From positions 1,164,084 to 1,228,083 of the forward strand of contig MU056050.1 in NCBI GenBank assembly GCA_013239625.1: a DNA stretch of 64,000 bases, in the 5' to 3' direction. Source of the DNA: Lama guanicoe (taxonomy: Eukaryota). The translations under genes were made by a program, and so were the position numbers. The notes beneath the pieces are model-generated. The model was not told where the DNA came from. It saw only the letters and a program-made list of their open reading frames with translations, and made no database searches. Shown here piece by piece: positions 39,690-53,649 of the stretch. The first letter of the stretch is position 1. Each line of letters opens with the position of its first letter.

Positions 39690-39734
39690 TATATCAAAAT
39701 TATTAATATTTTTGAAAGATATCTTGTATACTGT

Positions 39735-40010
39735 AGCATGAATAGATTACAGGAGTAAGAGTGGAAATGAAAAATACCTAAGGAGATTGCTGCATTTGTC
39801 TTGGAAAATGATGATGATTAGTGCCTTGGACTAATGTTGTGACAGTGAAAATGGAAAGAAAAGGACAGATTTAAGAGACATTTTGATGATGGAGACAGTT
39901 AAACTCTTCAGGAATTTATATGGGTGAAGGAATTATGGTGAACAAAGGCTACACATATGTTTCCAGCTTGGGCAACGTGGCAAATGGGTGGTGTCATTAC
40001 TTAGTAGGGA
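39735..40010 (-). mobile_element. L2 fragment
   Basis: ggagattgctgca...gtgccttggactaa...ggacagatttaagagacatttt. Confidence 0.6.
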
Positions 40011-40299
40011 ACAGCTTTGCATGGATCAGGGTTAATAGAGGGAAAATCAGACATGGCATATAGACTGCTTATTTTTAAGATGAGTTGAGGACTCTGTATA
40101 TGCTATACTTAGGCAAATGGAACACATGTGAGATTATCAATTCATAAGTTGTTGGAAATGCTAAATCAAAATTGTAAAATATAGTATTATTACCCTTCTG
40201 TTAATTTCTAAGTAGTATTGTTCATACCTAATCTTTGGTTTCTGCATCTGAAAAATTGATATAGTAGGAATCTTATGGGTATTAAATTAAAATTTTTGA

Positions 40300-40470
40300 A
40301 GTTTGAAGCCCAAATCTGCCATTTTCTAGCTTCCTGAACTTGGGAAAAGTATTCAACTTTTCTGAGTTTTTGTTTTCTTATCTGCAAATCAGTATAGTAG
40401 TATACATTTCATAGAACTCTTGTGACGATTAAATGAGAAATCAGTCATAGCACATGTTGGGACCTGAACA
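40300..40470 (+). mobile_element. MIR SINE fragment
   Basis: tctgccattttctagcttcctgaacttgggaaaagtattcaacttttctgag...gattaaatgaga. Confidence 0.7.
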
Positions 40471-40984
40471 TATGTTTCCAGTTTATCTCTTCTCTCATCT
40501 TCTTGCCTCTATAGATGAGATCTAGCTAATAATATAATAAGACTATTGTAACTTCTAATTTCTAACTTACAGGACAATAATACCGTGATTCTTGGTATCT
40601 TATTTCCTATACTCTGGTAGACTTCATTTTATAAAATTAGTGTGCTTTTTACCTAAATAAAATCATTTTCAAATATATTGGTGATGACAATTTAATGGAA
40701 TCCTGTTATAACTGCATTGTAAAATGAAAAGCCACTCTTTCATTTATTTCTTTCTTTTCCCCTATTGTTATATGATTGTCATTTCATGAATATGGTTTTT
40801 ATTATAAGTAAATCTCTTTATTAGAAAAGTTAAATATAAGCAACTTAGAAATATATATCAAAACACATCATTCTTTATAGAAAATTTAAAAGTAAATGTT
40901 AAGAAACAAAGGGCAAGTAATCCACTGTTATGGAATTTAATTTGGTACTTGTGGAGAAAGGAAGAATTCATTTCCTTATTGCAG

Positions 40985-41024
40985 GTACTTATTGTGACAG
41001 ATTCCATCACACTACAGCAGTGTT
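40985..41024 (+). other. Candidate 40-nt internal exon of the same host gene
   Basis: Acceptor ttcatttccttattgcAG and donor GTT|GTAAGT. Both open frames of the 30871 exon stay open across the join (VLIVTDSITLQQC or GTYCDRFHHTTAV). Confidence 0.55.
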
Positions 41025-41604
41025 GTAAGTCATTCATTTCATGCTGTGCTGTCAGCTGTGATAACTAGAAATGCATATTGCTCCATGACATGTTTAAAAA
41101 ATGAATGACCATTATTTTGAGTAACAATTTTTATCAAATTTTTTGTGCAGTTAAATCTCAAAATGGGAATTTACTATTTTTAAAAAAGCATATGGGGATG
41201 AATAATGTCAAGTACAAGTGGGTTTATTTAGTACCACTTCTTTTGTTTTTGTTTTGTTGTATAAAGGTAATGACTCTAGGAAGTTTTGGCAAGTTGGAAA
41301 GTAGAAATATGCATAAAAGAACAAGAAAGAACACCAGTAGTTAATATCTGTTAGTATTTTACATGCTTTTGCAAGTTTTCCTGACTTGTTTTATATAATT
41401 AAGATAATCTCCTCAATGTATTTCTGCATCCTTCTACTTGTTACTGAAGTTATAGAAATTAAATTTTTTCACATTGTTACAAGGTATTTTAAAACATTAT
41501 TTTTAATGGTGTCTGAGACTCCATTGAATGTATTTAGCCTAATTTAGTTAACACATCAAAAGTTTTAAAACATTAGAGTTGTTTACAATGTTTGCACTTT
41601 TATC

Positions 41605-42120
41605 AGTTACCCATCACTGCCGTGTCCAACATACCTTACCTTCTTCTGGAAGCTACTCCTACCCCTACTCTAACCACGTGGCCACCAAAAGTTCTGTCAT
41701 ATTCTTGCATGGCCTCACCCTTAGGTCATAATTGAAAGGGTAAGGTGTTAGTACCTGATCTCAAGCTTGGTTAATCATTTCCCTCCTTAGAGGTTTTGAA
41801 TTTATAACCCAAGGTAACATTCTCCCCCTTACAGCTGAAAGTGTAAGTTAAAAGCCTTGGACGATTTTGGCAGCTGCAAATAGTATCATATAGCAAGAGC
41901 TGATGTCTGGAGAAAGACAATGAAACAGATACTCAGAGAAAATAACCCTGAGTGACAGCATTTGAACTTTTTGTGCAGTTATTACTGAGGCAAAGTTGTT
42001 CCTGTGTGCTTTCCCACAGCTTGGTTGGTCAGGCCTTCTTTGGATTGATGAACTAATAAACTAGTCATTTTTAAAGCTAATTTTAGTTGAGTTTCTTAAA
42101 CTTACAACAAAAAGGGCCTT
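41605..42120 (+). mobile_element. Old ERVL/MaLR-type LTR (LTR16/LTR33/MLT1-like)
   Basis: 3' end gaactaataaac...ttaaagctaattttagttgagtttctt...acttacaacaaaaagggcct is typical of these LTRs. Confidence 0.5.
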
Positions 42121-45100
42121 TTTTAAATACTGTATTGGACATCTTTGAGGAAAGAACTTGGTCTGCATTTGAGATGAATTCCTTAGAATATACTATCAAA
42201 ATAGAATTACTGTATTAAAATTTTGATATATTTTACAGTCTTTCAATAAGGGGATTTAAATATCACCAGGCTTAAAGAAATCAGAGAAGATAGTCCTGAA
42301 AAGACATGAAGTTTTAGTTATTCCTGAAGGTAATTACTTGTGAGAAAGAGGCCAAGGAATTACAATCAGATAAAGAAGCAGTTGAATCTTACCATGAAAG
42401 AAGCCAGGAACATTATGAAGGTTTCTGTGGAGTGAAGGATGCATATGAAAGGAATACATAGAAACAAAACATATTCAACATTTGATATCCGTTCTACTAA
42501 TTTTAACTGACCGTAGGTAACATTAATGAATTTGTAGAGAAACAGATTCTGTAGCTTATTTTCAGAATGGTGTGAAAATAATGCAACAGTGTCTAGAAAT
42601 GGCCAAGGCTTACATTACTCCAGGAATTTTTATGGCTTAACCATTTTGGAAGAATTTTTAGTTTTGTGATTGAATTCTTCAGCATGATGATTCTCTGGCT
42701 CACAGGATGTCTGCTTTCAAATGTTTTTGACCAAAACTGATGTTATTCAGATTGATCATCCATTCCCTTTACCAAATTATAGTTTTATATGACTCTATTT
42801 TTTCCAATGAAATCCATTTTTAAAGAGTGAGGTTTGTTATAGTCGTGTTACAATTGAGGATATATAAAGAGAAGCTAAAATGTCTGAAAGTATCAAGAAA
42901 GCTTTACATACATAATTTTGAGCAGTAGCTGTGTTGTTGTAATAAGTAAATTACCTATCATATAAGTAGTCTGAAGAGAATGTCACTTCTTTAGATATAC
43001 AGAGAAAATACCTCATTTACTTGGGGTCATATTTCTTATAACAGTATATCCTAACTTCGTCCACTTTGCAACTGATGCCAAATCTTAACTTGGTCGCAGA
43101 AGCTTTTATGATAGGTAGCTAGGTATCTAGCTCATAGAATTCTCTTTGCAAATCTTCATTGAATGTATGGGAAATATAATAATCTTTCTGTCTTTTTATC
43201 CTTTAGCCTTCAAACTGTATTCTACACTTAGATCACAAAAACCTATTCCCTAAATCTTTTCAGGAATGAAAACCTTTTGATTCAATTAAGTAGTCTCAAA
43301 CTCCGTATGTAAATTCACATTTTTCTGCCTTAGCAGTAAGCTTATTGCAGGGATTTAGTTTGGTTACATACATAAAATGACAAAATTCCTTTACCAAGTA
43401 GAATTTAAAAATATGTAAGAAAATAGATTAATACTCTTTGTATCAGATTCCATTATTGCCTACCCTCCAGAGTTCTTTTTCCTGCAGACATCTTCCAGGA
43501 ATAGACAAAAAATATTTCTGGGGAGAACTTGAGGTATATATGCAGATATTTACATAGTCTCTTCTTGCCTTGGATTGTGTGATTGCAATAATTGCCTCAA
43601 TTATGTCTACTCTTGCTAAGCCCTGTAGCACTGGACCATGGATTGAATGAAAGTGTCTGAGCAGCCCTCTTTAATGAGGCTCCCAGCCTCCATCCGATCT
43701 ATTCTGGTATCCTTCTCACCCCGAAATGTACTCAGAACCTCTGAAGTTTCTGCCTAAACATATGGGTTTTCTAGACTTACTATTTGGAGGGGCATAAGAG
43801 ACAGTCATCTGGTTGGAAGGTAGACCAAAGGGCTTGTCTTATAGCTGCATTTCCATACAGTGTCCACAGTTTTTACCGAGTCTGTATACTTATTTGAGAT
43901 AGCTTGAGGATGCAGTGATTGATGGAGATTTTGGGGGTGCTTTAACTGCCTATCCTGTGCCGCTCCTTGGTTTTACCAGTCTCCAAAATCATCACAAGTT
44001 TAACCACAATAAAATATATGTTTAACTCCTTATTAGAACTAATAAAAATCTATGGAACATGGAGACACATTTCTGTTAAGTCCAGGATACTTAAAATGCT
44101 AATGGAGTACAGCTTTATCAGATTGAGTTCCAGTAAGTCAGGAATACCAGGCATGCTGAAGGAGTTGAGACGGAAGGGAAAGGATCTCTGCTGGTGAGGG
44201 AAACACAGTAAGAGATCACTGGATCTAGGGAACATGAATTTTAAGATTTTGATAGGAGAGAAACATTTTACCATTTTTACTTTTGTATAGTGGTATATAT
44301 ATTAAATATTATGAAATAAAGCAAATTTAAAATAAAACAATGAAGAGACTTGTTAAAGTAGAGAACATTTAAATGAAACCTTTGGAATACATATTTTGGG
44401 ATATGTTCAATTTTTTTCCCAGCTGGAATTTGTTTGTAAAATTAACACAAATCCTCCCAGGCATTGTAGAAATAGGAGGAGAATAATTAAACTTGAATTG
44501 AGAAAAGTGGAAAATGTCCTTTGGTATGTCTGAAAACCTACACTTTCCGAAGTGAGAGAGAAAACATGTAAATCATTAGCAGAAACATGCCCTGGCTGAA
44601 AAGTTTTATGTGGAGATGGGTATCTTGTGACTCTGAAACAATCTGTTTCTTGTTGCTCATTAATGAAACCTGAAAGGAAAGAATAAGGCTCATGAAGCAG
44701 AGAGGGATCCAGAGAGGCTGAGTAAGAGCAGTGGGGAGCAGAGTTGGGAGGGCAGGGCCGTTTGGCATGTCTGTGCCTGAGACTGCCTTAGGTTGCTCAA
44801 TCAAGGGTTTTTCCTCACTGCGAACTTCTGCCCTCCTTCCTGCCTAACAGCGCTAAGTGAAAGTTCAGTAAGATAATCCCGGGTTATGTCCTGGCTGAGA
44901 GTCTGGCTTATTATGATGTCCTATTCCTATATCTATGTCTCTGAATTTGCATTTGACCCCAATACTCATCCTCACTTTTGTATGAAAGGAGTTGCCTTTC
45001 TGCCTGCTGCATGCTGGGATTGGGAAGGGGAGATTTTAGTAGACACAGTACCCACTCCTTTCCTCCCATGGAATTGTAGATGAGGGATGATATAAACTAC

Positions 45101-47990
45101 AGAAGAAAATTTAATATTAAATGGGCTATTTAAGTTCATTAATCTCTGGTGTCAGCTGTGATTTCTTGAAAGTCTCTTAAACAAGAGATCTCTGCATGAT
45201 TGATGTAGAATTTGTGAGCACCCACAGCAAAATTTACCAAAATGACTCTATCAATATTACATCTGCTAAGAATCCTTCAAGTGAGTCTTAAATATCTCCC
45301 AGTCTGTGTGCTTTGTTTTCTTTTATTTTTCTGCATACTTCTAGTCTTGTGCAGAAATTTTACAGTTAAAATGGGAGAATCAGGGTGAAAATCACACATA
45401 CATTCAGTGGGGAAAAACTGAAAATGTTTCCATATATCCATATATATCACTGTAGCAGGGTTGAAACAAGTTGATGGCATCTCTGCCTTTTCCCTTGGGG
45501 TTTTTTGGTTCTCCTGGGAATGTCAGCTCCCCTTTGAGTAGCTCACCTCACGTTTGTTGCCATCGCCAGAAGGCCACGCCACATTGTCCAGCACCATGTT
45601 TGCCTCTGTTCTTTGGGTGCCGCTTCTTCCCAGCAACTGGGAAGGCATCTTTCTTTTGTCAGCTCTTTCCTTGAAACTCGTCAAGTGGAGCTGAGCTGCC
45701 TGTTAGAGCAGTGGTGACGTCATTCTGTATTCCTGCAAGCACCTTGGTCTGGGTTTGTGAGGTGGAGGGGTGGCTGAGCATCATTTGAATGCTCTGCCAA
45801 AGAAGTACCAGTAAAGACCAGACAGAACTCTGGCAACAGAGGCTAGATCAAAGCTTCCACTCTGGTGACCACTGTAGCATGAAAGATTCTTTCTTGTCCC
45901 TCAGAGCAATTCTTCCTCTCTCACTGTATAATGCTAGAGAAACTCTGCCTCTCCTCGGTGTCAGGTAGCCTGCTGATTTTCAAATAGTTTTTATCTGGTA
46001 CATGGTGAGTGATACAGTTTACAACAATGCACACATACATAAATGTATATGTAACTGAATAAAATTCATGAAACACGTTTAATGAGAATCTTTCTATGAT
46101 TTTCTATTATATCCTAATCTGTTAAAAATCTGCTGGTGACCCACGTACTTGATTTTAAAACCTATTAATGGGTTGCTACCCACAAACGGAAAACATCAAT
46201 CTAATCCAATAACAATCTGACCATGAATTCTTTTGTGTGTATTTATCATTTACTTGTTTTCTTAATAAAAAATTGATTTTCGATCACTGTGAAGACAGCT
46301 AGACCCTACATTGGTAACAGTTTAAAGTCCAACAAAGAAAGATCATCTCCTGTGTTTCGTATATTTTCTGCGTGTATAAAAGGGAATGTGATAAACTGAA
46401 AAGAGTGCTGACTTGGTAGTGTCAGTCCAGGATCTGACACTATTTAGTTTCAAGACCTTCAAGAAGTCACATCCCTGCCCTAGGTCTCAATTTTCTCAAC
46501 TGTAATATGAAGAGACTGGATTATAAATGACTTGTTAGGTCTATTTCTGGTAGAGTCTGTGCTCTTATGTCACTTCTTTCAGAAAATTGTTATTATGATG
46601 ATAAGAGGTAATATACATGGTAAGTCTATGCAAGATTTTGTGATTCTCATTTGTGGAGAATAAGTATCAAGTTTTATACCTATATTGTACTGAAGTACTG
46701 GGCCAGATAGGTGAGATACTAAGAAAATGTAGTGAAAGACTGCTGGCAAACAGTATCTGAGCTCACAGAACTCTGCTGTATAAATCCAAGCTGGAAGGAC
46801 ACCTGAATTCAGATCATAGGCTAAGGCACTAGTTAACTGTCTCTGAGTATCAATTTTCTTATCAACTTTTGAAAGACTGGAGATAGAATCACATGATCAA
46901 AATGTCAGATGTGGAAAAGAACCCAGAGATTATTAAATTCAGAACGCTCAGTAGTGTGGTGCAGAGTATTCCAGACTTGGCAAAGAAATGCAAAATAAAA
47001 CGTCAACCTGGAATGGATTTAGGCTGTGTCTGTGGAGCAGTGGAATTCAGAAATCTCCCCTAAGTGAAGAGGAACTTGTTTTTAAGCACTTAATAGAAAC
47101 GTAATTTTAATGGAATCAATGACAAGTTGATTTGGGAGCTGGGAAGTAAAATTCCTTTTGGATTTTTCAATGTTTGGGAGAATACTTCGTAATGGCACAT
47201 TAATTTTACCTTTGGACTAAGTCCAAAATAGGCTTAAGTCTAACAGTAGATTTAAAAGTGTGATCTCCTTATTGCTGAGAGGTCCTGTAGCTTTCACAAG
47301 CAAAGCTGAAGACTTTATCATGTCAGGAAGCAGTGTTCAAATGAACCTTGTCACACCTGTGAAACGATAAGAAAATTGGTTTGTTATACCCTGTAGGAGG
47401 ACCGCTCCATATCAAAGCAAAAACTATGTATGTGGGGTCTACTGGGGGCAGACACTGGGCACAGATGTTTTTGACATAGTCTTTGTACTTGCTGTGACTG
47501 TTTTGAAAATGACCATTATCATAGCTTTGTAGTCAAGGTGAGAGTTGATGCACTACTCAGAATTAGCAAACATGCTGATTTAATTAGAAGTCAGGGTTTT
47601 TTAAGCCAAAGTTCTGACACTTGTCATTAAGATTCAAAACGAAACCTGTTTATTCATAACAAGATAAAGTGCTTAATAACTATTGGGATGGATTTTAACT
47701 TCTTGATTACTCCTTCTAAAGGAAGCAAACTAGTTTGTATCAGCAGGAAAAAAGTCTCCTCTGGAAGAAATAAACTCCTATGTTCTCTTTTAAATTGCGT
47801 GATTTAACTTATTCATTAAGTTACCTGAATTAACCCGTTGTTTTGACATAATATACACAGGACTTGATAATTAAAAATGTGTATGTTTGTTTTTGAGGTC
47901 AAGATCTCTGGGCTTTATTTCCTATAGTACAAGTTTGTGGCCCTAGAGTCATTGTCTTCTAACTTCTTGGAGAGATTTAGTAGTACAACA

Positions 47991-48182
47991 TAGGGGCTGG
48001 CAAGCTAGGACCAGTCATTTGTTTTTGTAAATAAAAAGGCATACTCATTTATTTCTCTATTGTCTATGACTGCTTTTGCTCCACATCAGCAAATCTGAGG
48101 AACTGCCGTAGAGACTGTACGGTCCCAAAGCCTAATGTATTTACTATCTGGCCCTTTACAGAAAAAATTTGAATACCCCTTG
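47991..48182 (+). mobile_element. MER58A-like hAT-Charlie MITE
   Basis: aggggctggcaa...cccaaagcctaatgtatttactatctggccctttacagaaaaaatttgaatacccct. Confidence 0.85.
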
Positions 48183-49219
48183 TATAGTATACTTTTATAG
48201 CAGCATGGAGCAATTGAGTCATTCCTTTTTTTAATTGCTGGTGATTCCTCCATCTGGGTTTCTTTATCTGATTCCCTCCTCTCTCTTTGGACTTTGTGAC
48301 CTCATTGGCCAATGAGATGTAAATGGAAATAGCATTTTGGTACTTTCAAGCAGAAGTTTAGACACCGATTCCGTGATTTCTCCAGTTCTCTTAGTTTTTT
48401 CTTTTGCCATGAGAATGGCATGTTCCCATGCTGACTGGTAATATGGATAAACAATGAGTACTGTAAGTTACCTTAGGATCATTCATAACCATAGCAAACC
48501 TAATTCATTCTCAAGTCCTATATTTTCTAAGGAAGAATTGATAATTTCTGTAACATGTCATAAACCTCCATACTTCTATGACTTCTCCCCATTTTGTCAT
48601 CTTCTCATAAAGCCTTTCTGATTCCTTTTCCCACTGTCTTTCACCCCTATCCCCGCCTTCATTTTTATCCCAATCTACCCTACAGAAATATTTCTATCAG
48701 GGAAGGAATAAGTTAACTGAATTTCTATAACTCTGTCTCCTTCCTTCTCCAGAAGATAATATTGATTTTCACCAAACCTATTATAAACATGCTTATGGAA
48801 TTTGCTAACAGAAAGATAACTAAGAAAATTCTTATCTAAGACCTCTTCAATAGGACATACCTCATCTTTCAAGATTGTTTATTGTAAATAAAAATAAAAT
48901 TTATAGATTTATGGGATACTGATGGCTAAAGAATGGAAGATAGTCACAGAGGCTCCCTCTCTATGTAACAGATGAGTTAAAAAAAGAAAACCTAAGAAAT
49001 TAACTTATACCATAAAGATAATTAACATATATTTGTTACTTTGGAACAAAATGTATCTCACTGTTGAAAAAGGGAGTTTTGGGAAAGTTATGCCTGATAT
49101 TTTGGAGCCTTTCCAGAGACAGTTATTGCTACCTTTGTGTTTGCTTTGTGTTCTTTGCCAGTCAGTAAAGTTTGGTGTTGAGTAGCACCTATGATTTCAT
49201 GTGAATCTGTTTTGATAAT

Positions 49220-51060
49220 CCAAGTCTTCACATTCTTCACGGATATTGGCCTGTAGTTTCTTTTCTTGTGATGTCTTTGGTTTTGGTATCAGTGATGATT
49301 GGCTCATAAAATAAGTTTGGAAGTATTCATTCTTTTATTTTTTGGAAGCAGAAAGAGGGATTGGTATTAAACCTTCCTGAAATGTTAGGTAGAGTTCATT
49401 CATGAAGCCATTTTATCCTTGGCTTTTCTTTGTTGGAAGGTTTTGATTACTTATTCAATCTCTGGGTTTGTTATTAGTCTGTTTAATCTTTGTATTTCTT
49501 CTTGATTCACCCTTGGTAGGTTTAATGTTTCTAGGAATTTATCCACTTCTTATAGTTTATTCAGTTCGTTGGCTTTTGATTCTTCTTAATAATCTATATT
49601 TTTTTAAACTAATATGGAATGAGTTTTAATGTCTTCTCTTACATTTCTTACTGATTTATTGGAATCTTCTCTCTTAAATTTTTAACAGTCTGGATAAGAA
49701 TTTGTTGTTTTTTTATGTTTTCTAAAAACCAAGTCTGTCGATTTTTTTCTGTTTTTCTATTTTCTGTTTCACTTATTTTTCATTTAATCTTTATTGTCTT
49801 CCTTCTGCCAATTTTCACCTTGGTCTCTTCTTCTTTTAATACTTCCTTGAGGTATAAAGATGAGTTGTTTATTTGAGATTTCTTTTTTTTTTTTAATGTG
49901 GGCATTTATCACTATAAAATTCCCTGTTAGTAGTGCTTTTGCTGTATCTCATAAGTTTTGGGTTGTTAAGTTTTTGTTTTCACTTATCTCTAGATAGTGT
50001 CTGATTTTCTTTTTGATATCTTTTTTGACCCATTGGTTTTCAAGAGCATTTCGTTTAATTTCCATGCATTTGTAAAATTTCCAATTTTCCTTATGTATTT
50101 GTATTATAAATACAAATAGTTGTCAGAGAATATATTTGTGATAATTTCATTCTTCTAAAATTTGTTAAGTTTTGTTTTGTGGTGTGATCTGTCTTGCAAA
50201 AATGTTCCATGTGTGCTTGAGAAGAACATGTATTTTCTACTATTGGGTGGAATCTTTGGTATATGTATCTGTTGAGTTCATTTGTTATTCAGTGTTGTTC
50301 AAGTCTGCTGTTTCCTTGTTGATTTTTTGTCTGTATATTTTTATCCATTATTTAAATTGGAGTATTCAAGTCTCCTAATGGCCTCTTGTTTAATTTTCCC
50401 TTCAGATCTTTCAGTATTTGGTTTAAACATTTAGGTGCTCTGGCACTGGGTGCATATGTATTTATAACTGTTATGACTTCCTATTGAATTGACCCTTAGG
50501 TAATTATATAATGACTTTCTTTGTGTCTTGCTACAGTTTTTAAGTTAAAGTCTTATTGTCTGATGTAAGTATAGCCACCCCTGCTCTCTTTTTGTTACCA
50601 TTTTCATTGAATATCTTTTTCCACTTCTTCCTTTTTTTCAACCTATATGTATGTTTAAATCTAAAGTGAATCTTTTGTAGACAACACATAGTGGAATCTT
50701 GTTTTATCCATTTAGCCAGTTTGTCTTTTGATTGAGAAGTTTAATCCATTTACACTTAAAGTTGTTATTGCCGTTTTGTTAGTTGTTTTGTCCTGTTTTA
50801 GTTTTTTTATTTCTTCCTCTCTTGCTGCCTTCATTTATGATTTCATAAGTTTTTGTATTGATATGCTCTAATTCCTTTCTCATTCCTTTTGTGTATCTCC
50901 TTTAGGTATTTTCTTTGTGTTTACCCTTAGGATTGCATAAAACTTCAGATAATTTTAACAATCTATTTTACTGTGTTAACGATGTCAACTGCATGCAAAA
51001 ATTTTACATTTTTACTCACCCCACAATTATTTTATGTTATTCATGTCACAATTTTCGTTT
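49220..51060 (-). mobile_element. L1M ORF2 5' half and inter-ORF region
   Basis: Antisense ORF2 motifs (ggtagagttcattcatgaagccat, aatgttccatgtgtgcttgagaagaa, tttaatccatttacac). Confidence 0.85.
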
Positions 51061-51684
51061 TTATTTTATATATATAAATTTTGCCTAAGTTTTTAAATGA
51101 AATAAAAATGCTTAAAATGTTACCGTATTCTTTAAAAAAAATTTGCTGTGTACATATGTCTCATTTTTCTTTCTATTATTTAATTATACATTTCTCTCTT
51201 GTTGATAATTATTAACATATTTTATGTTACTCTTTACAAAGAATGAGATTGCCTTTTTATACTCTCTATTTTGTCATTTTTGTTTATTACATTTATTCCT
51301 CATTTATATTATTTACTTCTCCTTTTCATTGTTCTCTGTTGTTCTATTTCTAACTTTCTGACTTTCAGGCTTAACTCATTAATATTTAATACTCATTTTT
51401 TGGTAATATAATCCTTTGTCTTACAAGTTTTCTGTCCCATGCTGATAAAGCTCAGAATTCAAAATTTGATATGTATTTTTATTATTAATTTCAAACTGGA
51501 TTGTAATTTGCATCCTCCTTCAACTGATATTTCATTTGTAAATATTATTTTATATTTCTAAATATGTGATGTTTGTAAATTATCTTTCTGTTACTGATTG
51601 CTGACATAGTTTTATCCCGGTTAGAAAATATCATCTGACTCATATCCATTCTTTAATATTTGCTGTATTTTCAGTTGTGATGAT

Positions 51685-51905
51685 GAACTCTGCTGTCCAC
51701 ATTATGCTATTTAAAATTGAATTTAAATGAACTTAAGTTAAGTGCTGCTATTTAAATTTGCATTAAATCAAATTAAATAAAATTTAAACTTCAGTTAATG
51801 AGTTGCACTGGCCATTTTATAAATGCTCTAGAGCCACATTTGGCTAGTAGCTGCTGAATTGGATGGAACAATATTTCCCTCATGGCAGCAAGTTCTATTG
51901 AAAAG
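51685..51905. mobile_element. MER3/MER33-like hAT-Charlie MITE
   Basis: ctgctgtcca...gttgcactggccattt...agccacatttggctagtagct...aagttctattg. Confidence 0.7.
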
Positions 51906-53649
51906 ACCTTGAATGTGACCAGTTCCTAAAATGTTCCTTATATGCTTAAGAATAATATGCCTTCACTAAATTTGGCATGTCAGTTCTATAGTTTATTCTT
52001 TCTTTTGTTTTTTAATCTATCAAACCTGAGAGAAGAGTGTTAGAATCTCACACAATGATTTTATATTTGCCAGTTTCTTTTTACATTATATGTTTTAAGT
52101 ATCTGTTAATAGTGGAATACAAATTTATGATGTTTATATTACCTTTGAATTAGTTCTCCTTTACTATACATTGTTATCTTTACCTTAATATTAACCTTTC
52201 CCTAGAAATCTATTTTATTGATATAACATAGCTACATCTGCTTTCTTTGGTAGGTACTGTCCTGATATTTTATTCTATCTTTTTACTTTTGATCATTTGA
52301 AATCCCTGTATTTTAGTGGTATACTCTCAATATTTACCAGAGTTCTTAATTTACTCACCTATTAATCAATTTATTTTTTTTCCAAGTCTTAACATTCTGT
52401 GCTTATGTTCTCAATTTATTATTCTTCCTTTAATATTTGGTTCCATTAGAAAAGATTTGTATGTTGTCTTTGTTCTTGAACGGTAACATAACAAATTAAC
52501 CAAAGTCTAGGCTGAGAATTACTTTCTTTTAGCATGTTGACAATAGTATATTTTTGCCTAGTGGATATATTGTTGCCATAGTGAAGACTGCTCTCAGTTT
52601 TCCTGTTATTTCTTAGTGGACATATCTTTTTGATTTTTGTTTGTGTTTAAAAATATTTCTGTGTGTTTGATGTTTTGAAGTTCTATGGTGTAGAATGGAT
52701 AGATTTAGATTTTTCTTAAATTCCAGTTAGAATCATTTTGATAAACATATTTGAGACTTTCACTAGTTTTCAGTGATTCTCAAACACTATCACTTTTATT
52801 ATTTCCTTTCCCTCCTTTATTCTCTTTGTTCTTTTGTATTGCTTTTTGGACCATCTCAATCTTCCACATTTCTCTCCCCTTCTAATGCCCCCTTATCTCT
52901 GTGTTGCCTTTTGATTCACTTCTTTAAATTCTCTAATTCATGATTTCTCTCTTTAGCTGTGTATTATCTAATATCTAGCTGTATTTTTCCATTCTAGGAA
53001 CAGTATTTTTTATTGCAAACCTGCCCAGTATTTTAAAAATAATTTGTTATTTTTTTGTTTTAATTTCCTCTTATGTATTTATTTTAATACACTTCTCTAG
53101 GAGAAAAAAATTCACATATATACAAATGCAGAGTCCAAGTAATCTGTAGATAACATCACACAGTTTCAACAACAACCAACATTTTGCTGTACTTATTTTA
53201 TCTATCTCACCTCTGCCATTTTTTGCTAGAGTATTTTTCAGGAAATTTCAAATTTTTATCCCCTGACCCAGGTATTTCAGTTTATGTATTCTGCATATTC
53301 CATGTTTTTCAATGAAGTTTTACTGTTTTCTTCAAGTATATCATGCATATATTGCTAATCAGGGTTCAACCTAATATGACCCATAGGCTGAATCTAACCT
53401 GCTGCCTAATTTTTATTACTCTATGTATTTAGCAAATTAAATGTGCAAAAACATTAATTGAAACATTAACATATCCATAAACATTTGATTTAAATCAAAC
53501 TCTAAGGATCTATTCTCTTAAATGCTTATAAAGCAGAAAAAGCAAACACCCAGAATTTCAAAAATGCATTGTTTTTCCACTTTATTTTTATTGAAAAGGT
53601 GCTCATTGTGTGGATATTAATAGCTGATATTTACACTTGACATGTACTA

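Noticed and set aside
43488..47537. Further plus-strand exon candidates (~43488-43533, 46583-46619, 47397-47537)
   Set aside because: Each has one weak splice site or breaks the frame; not distinguishable by eye from chance signals in AT-rich DNA.
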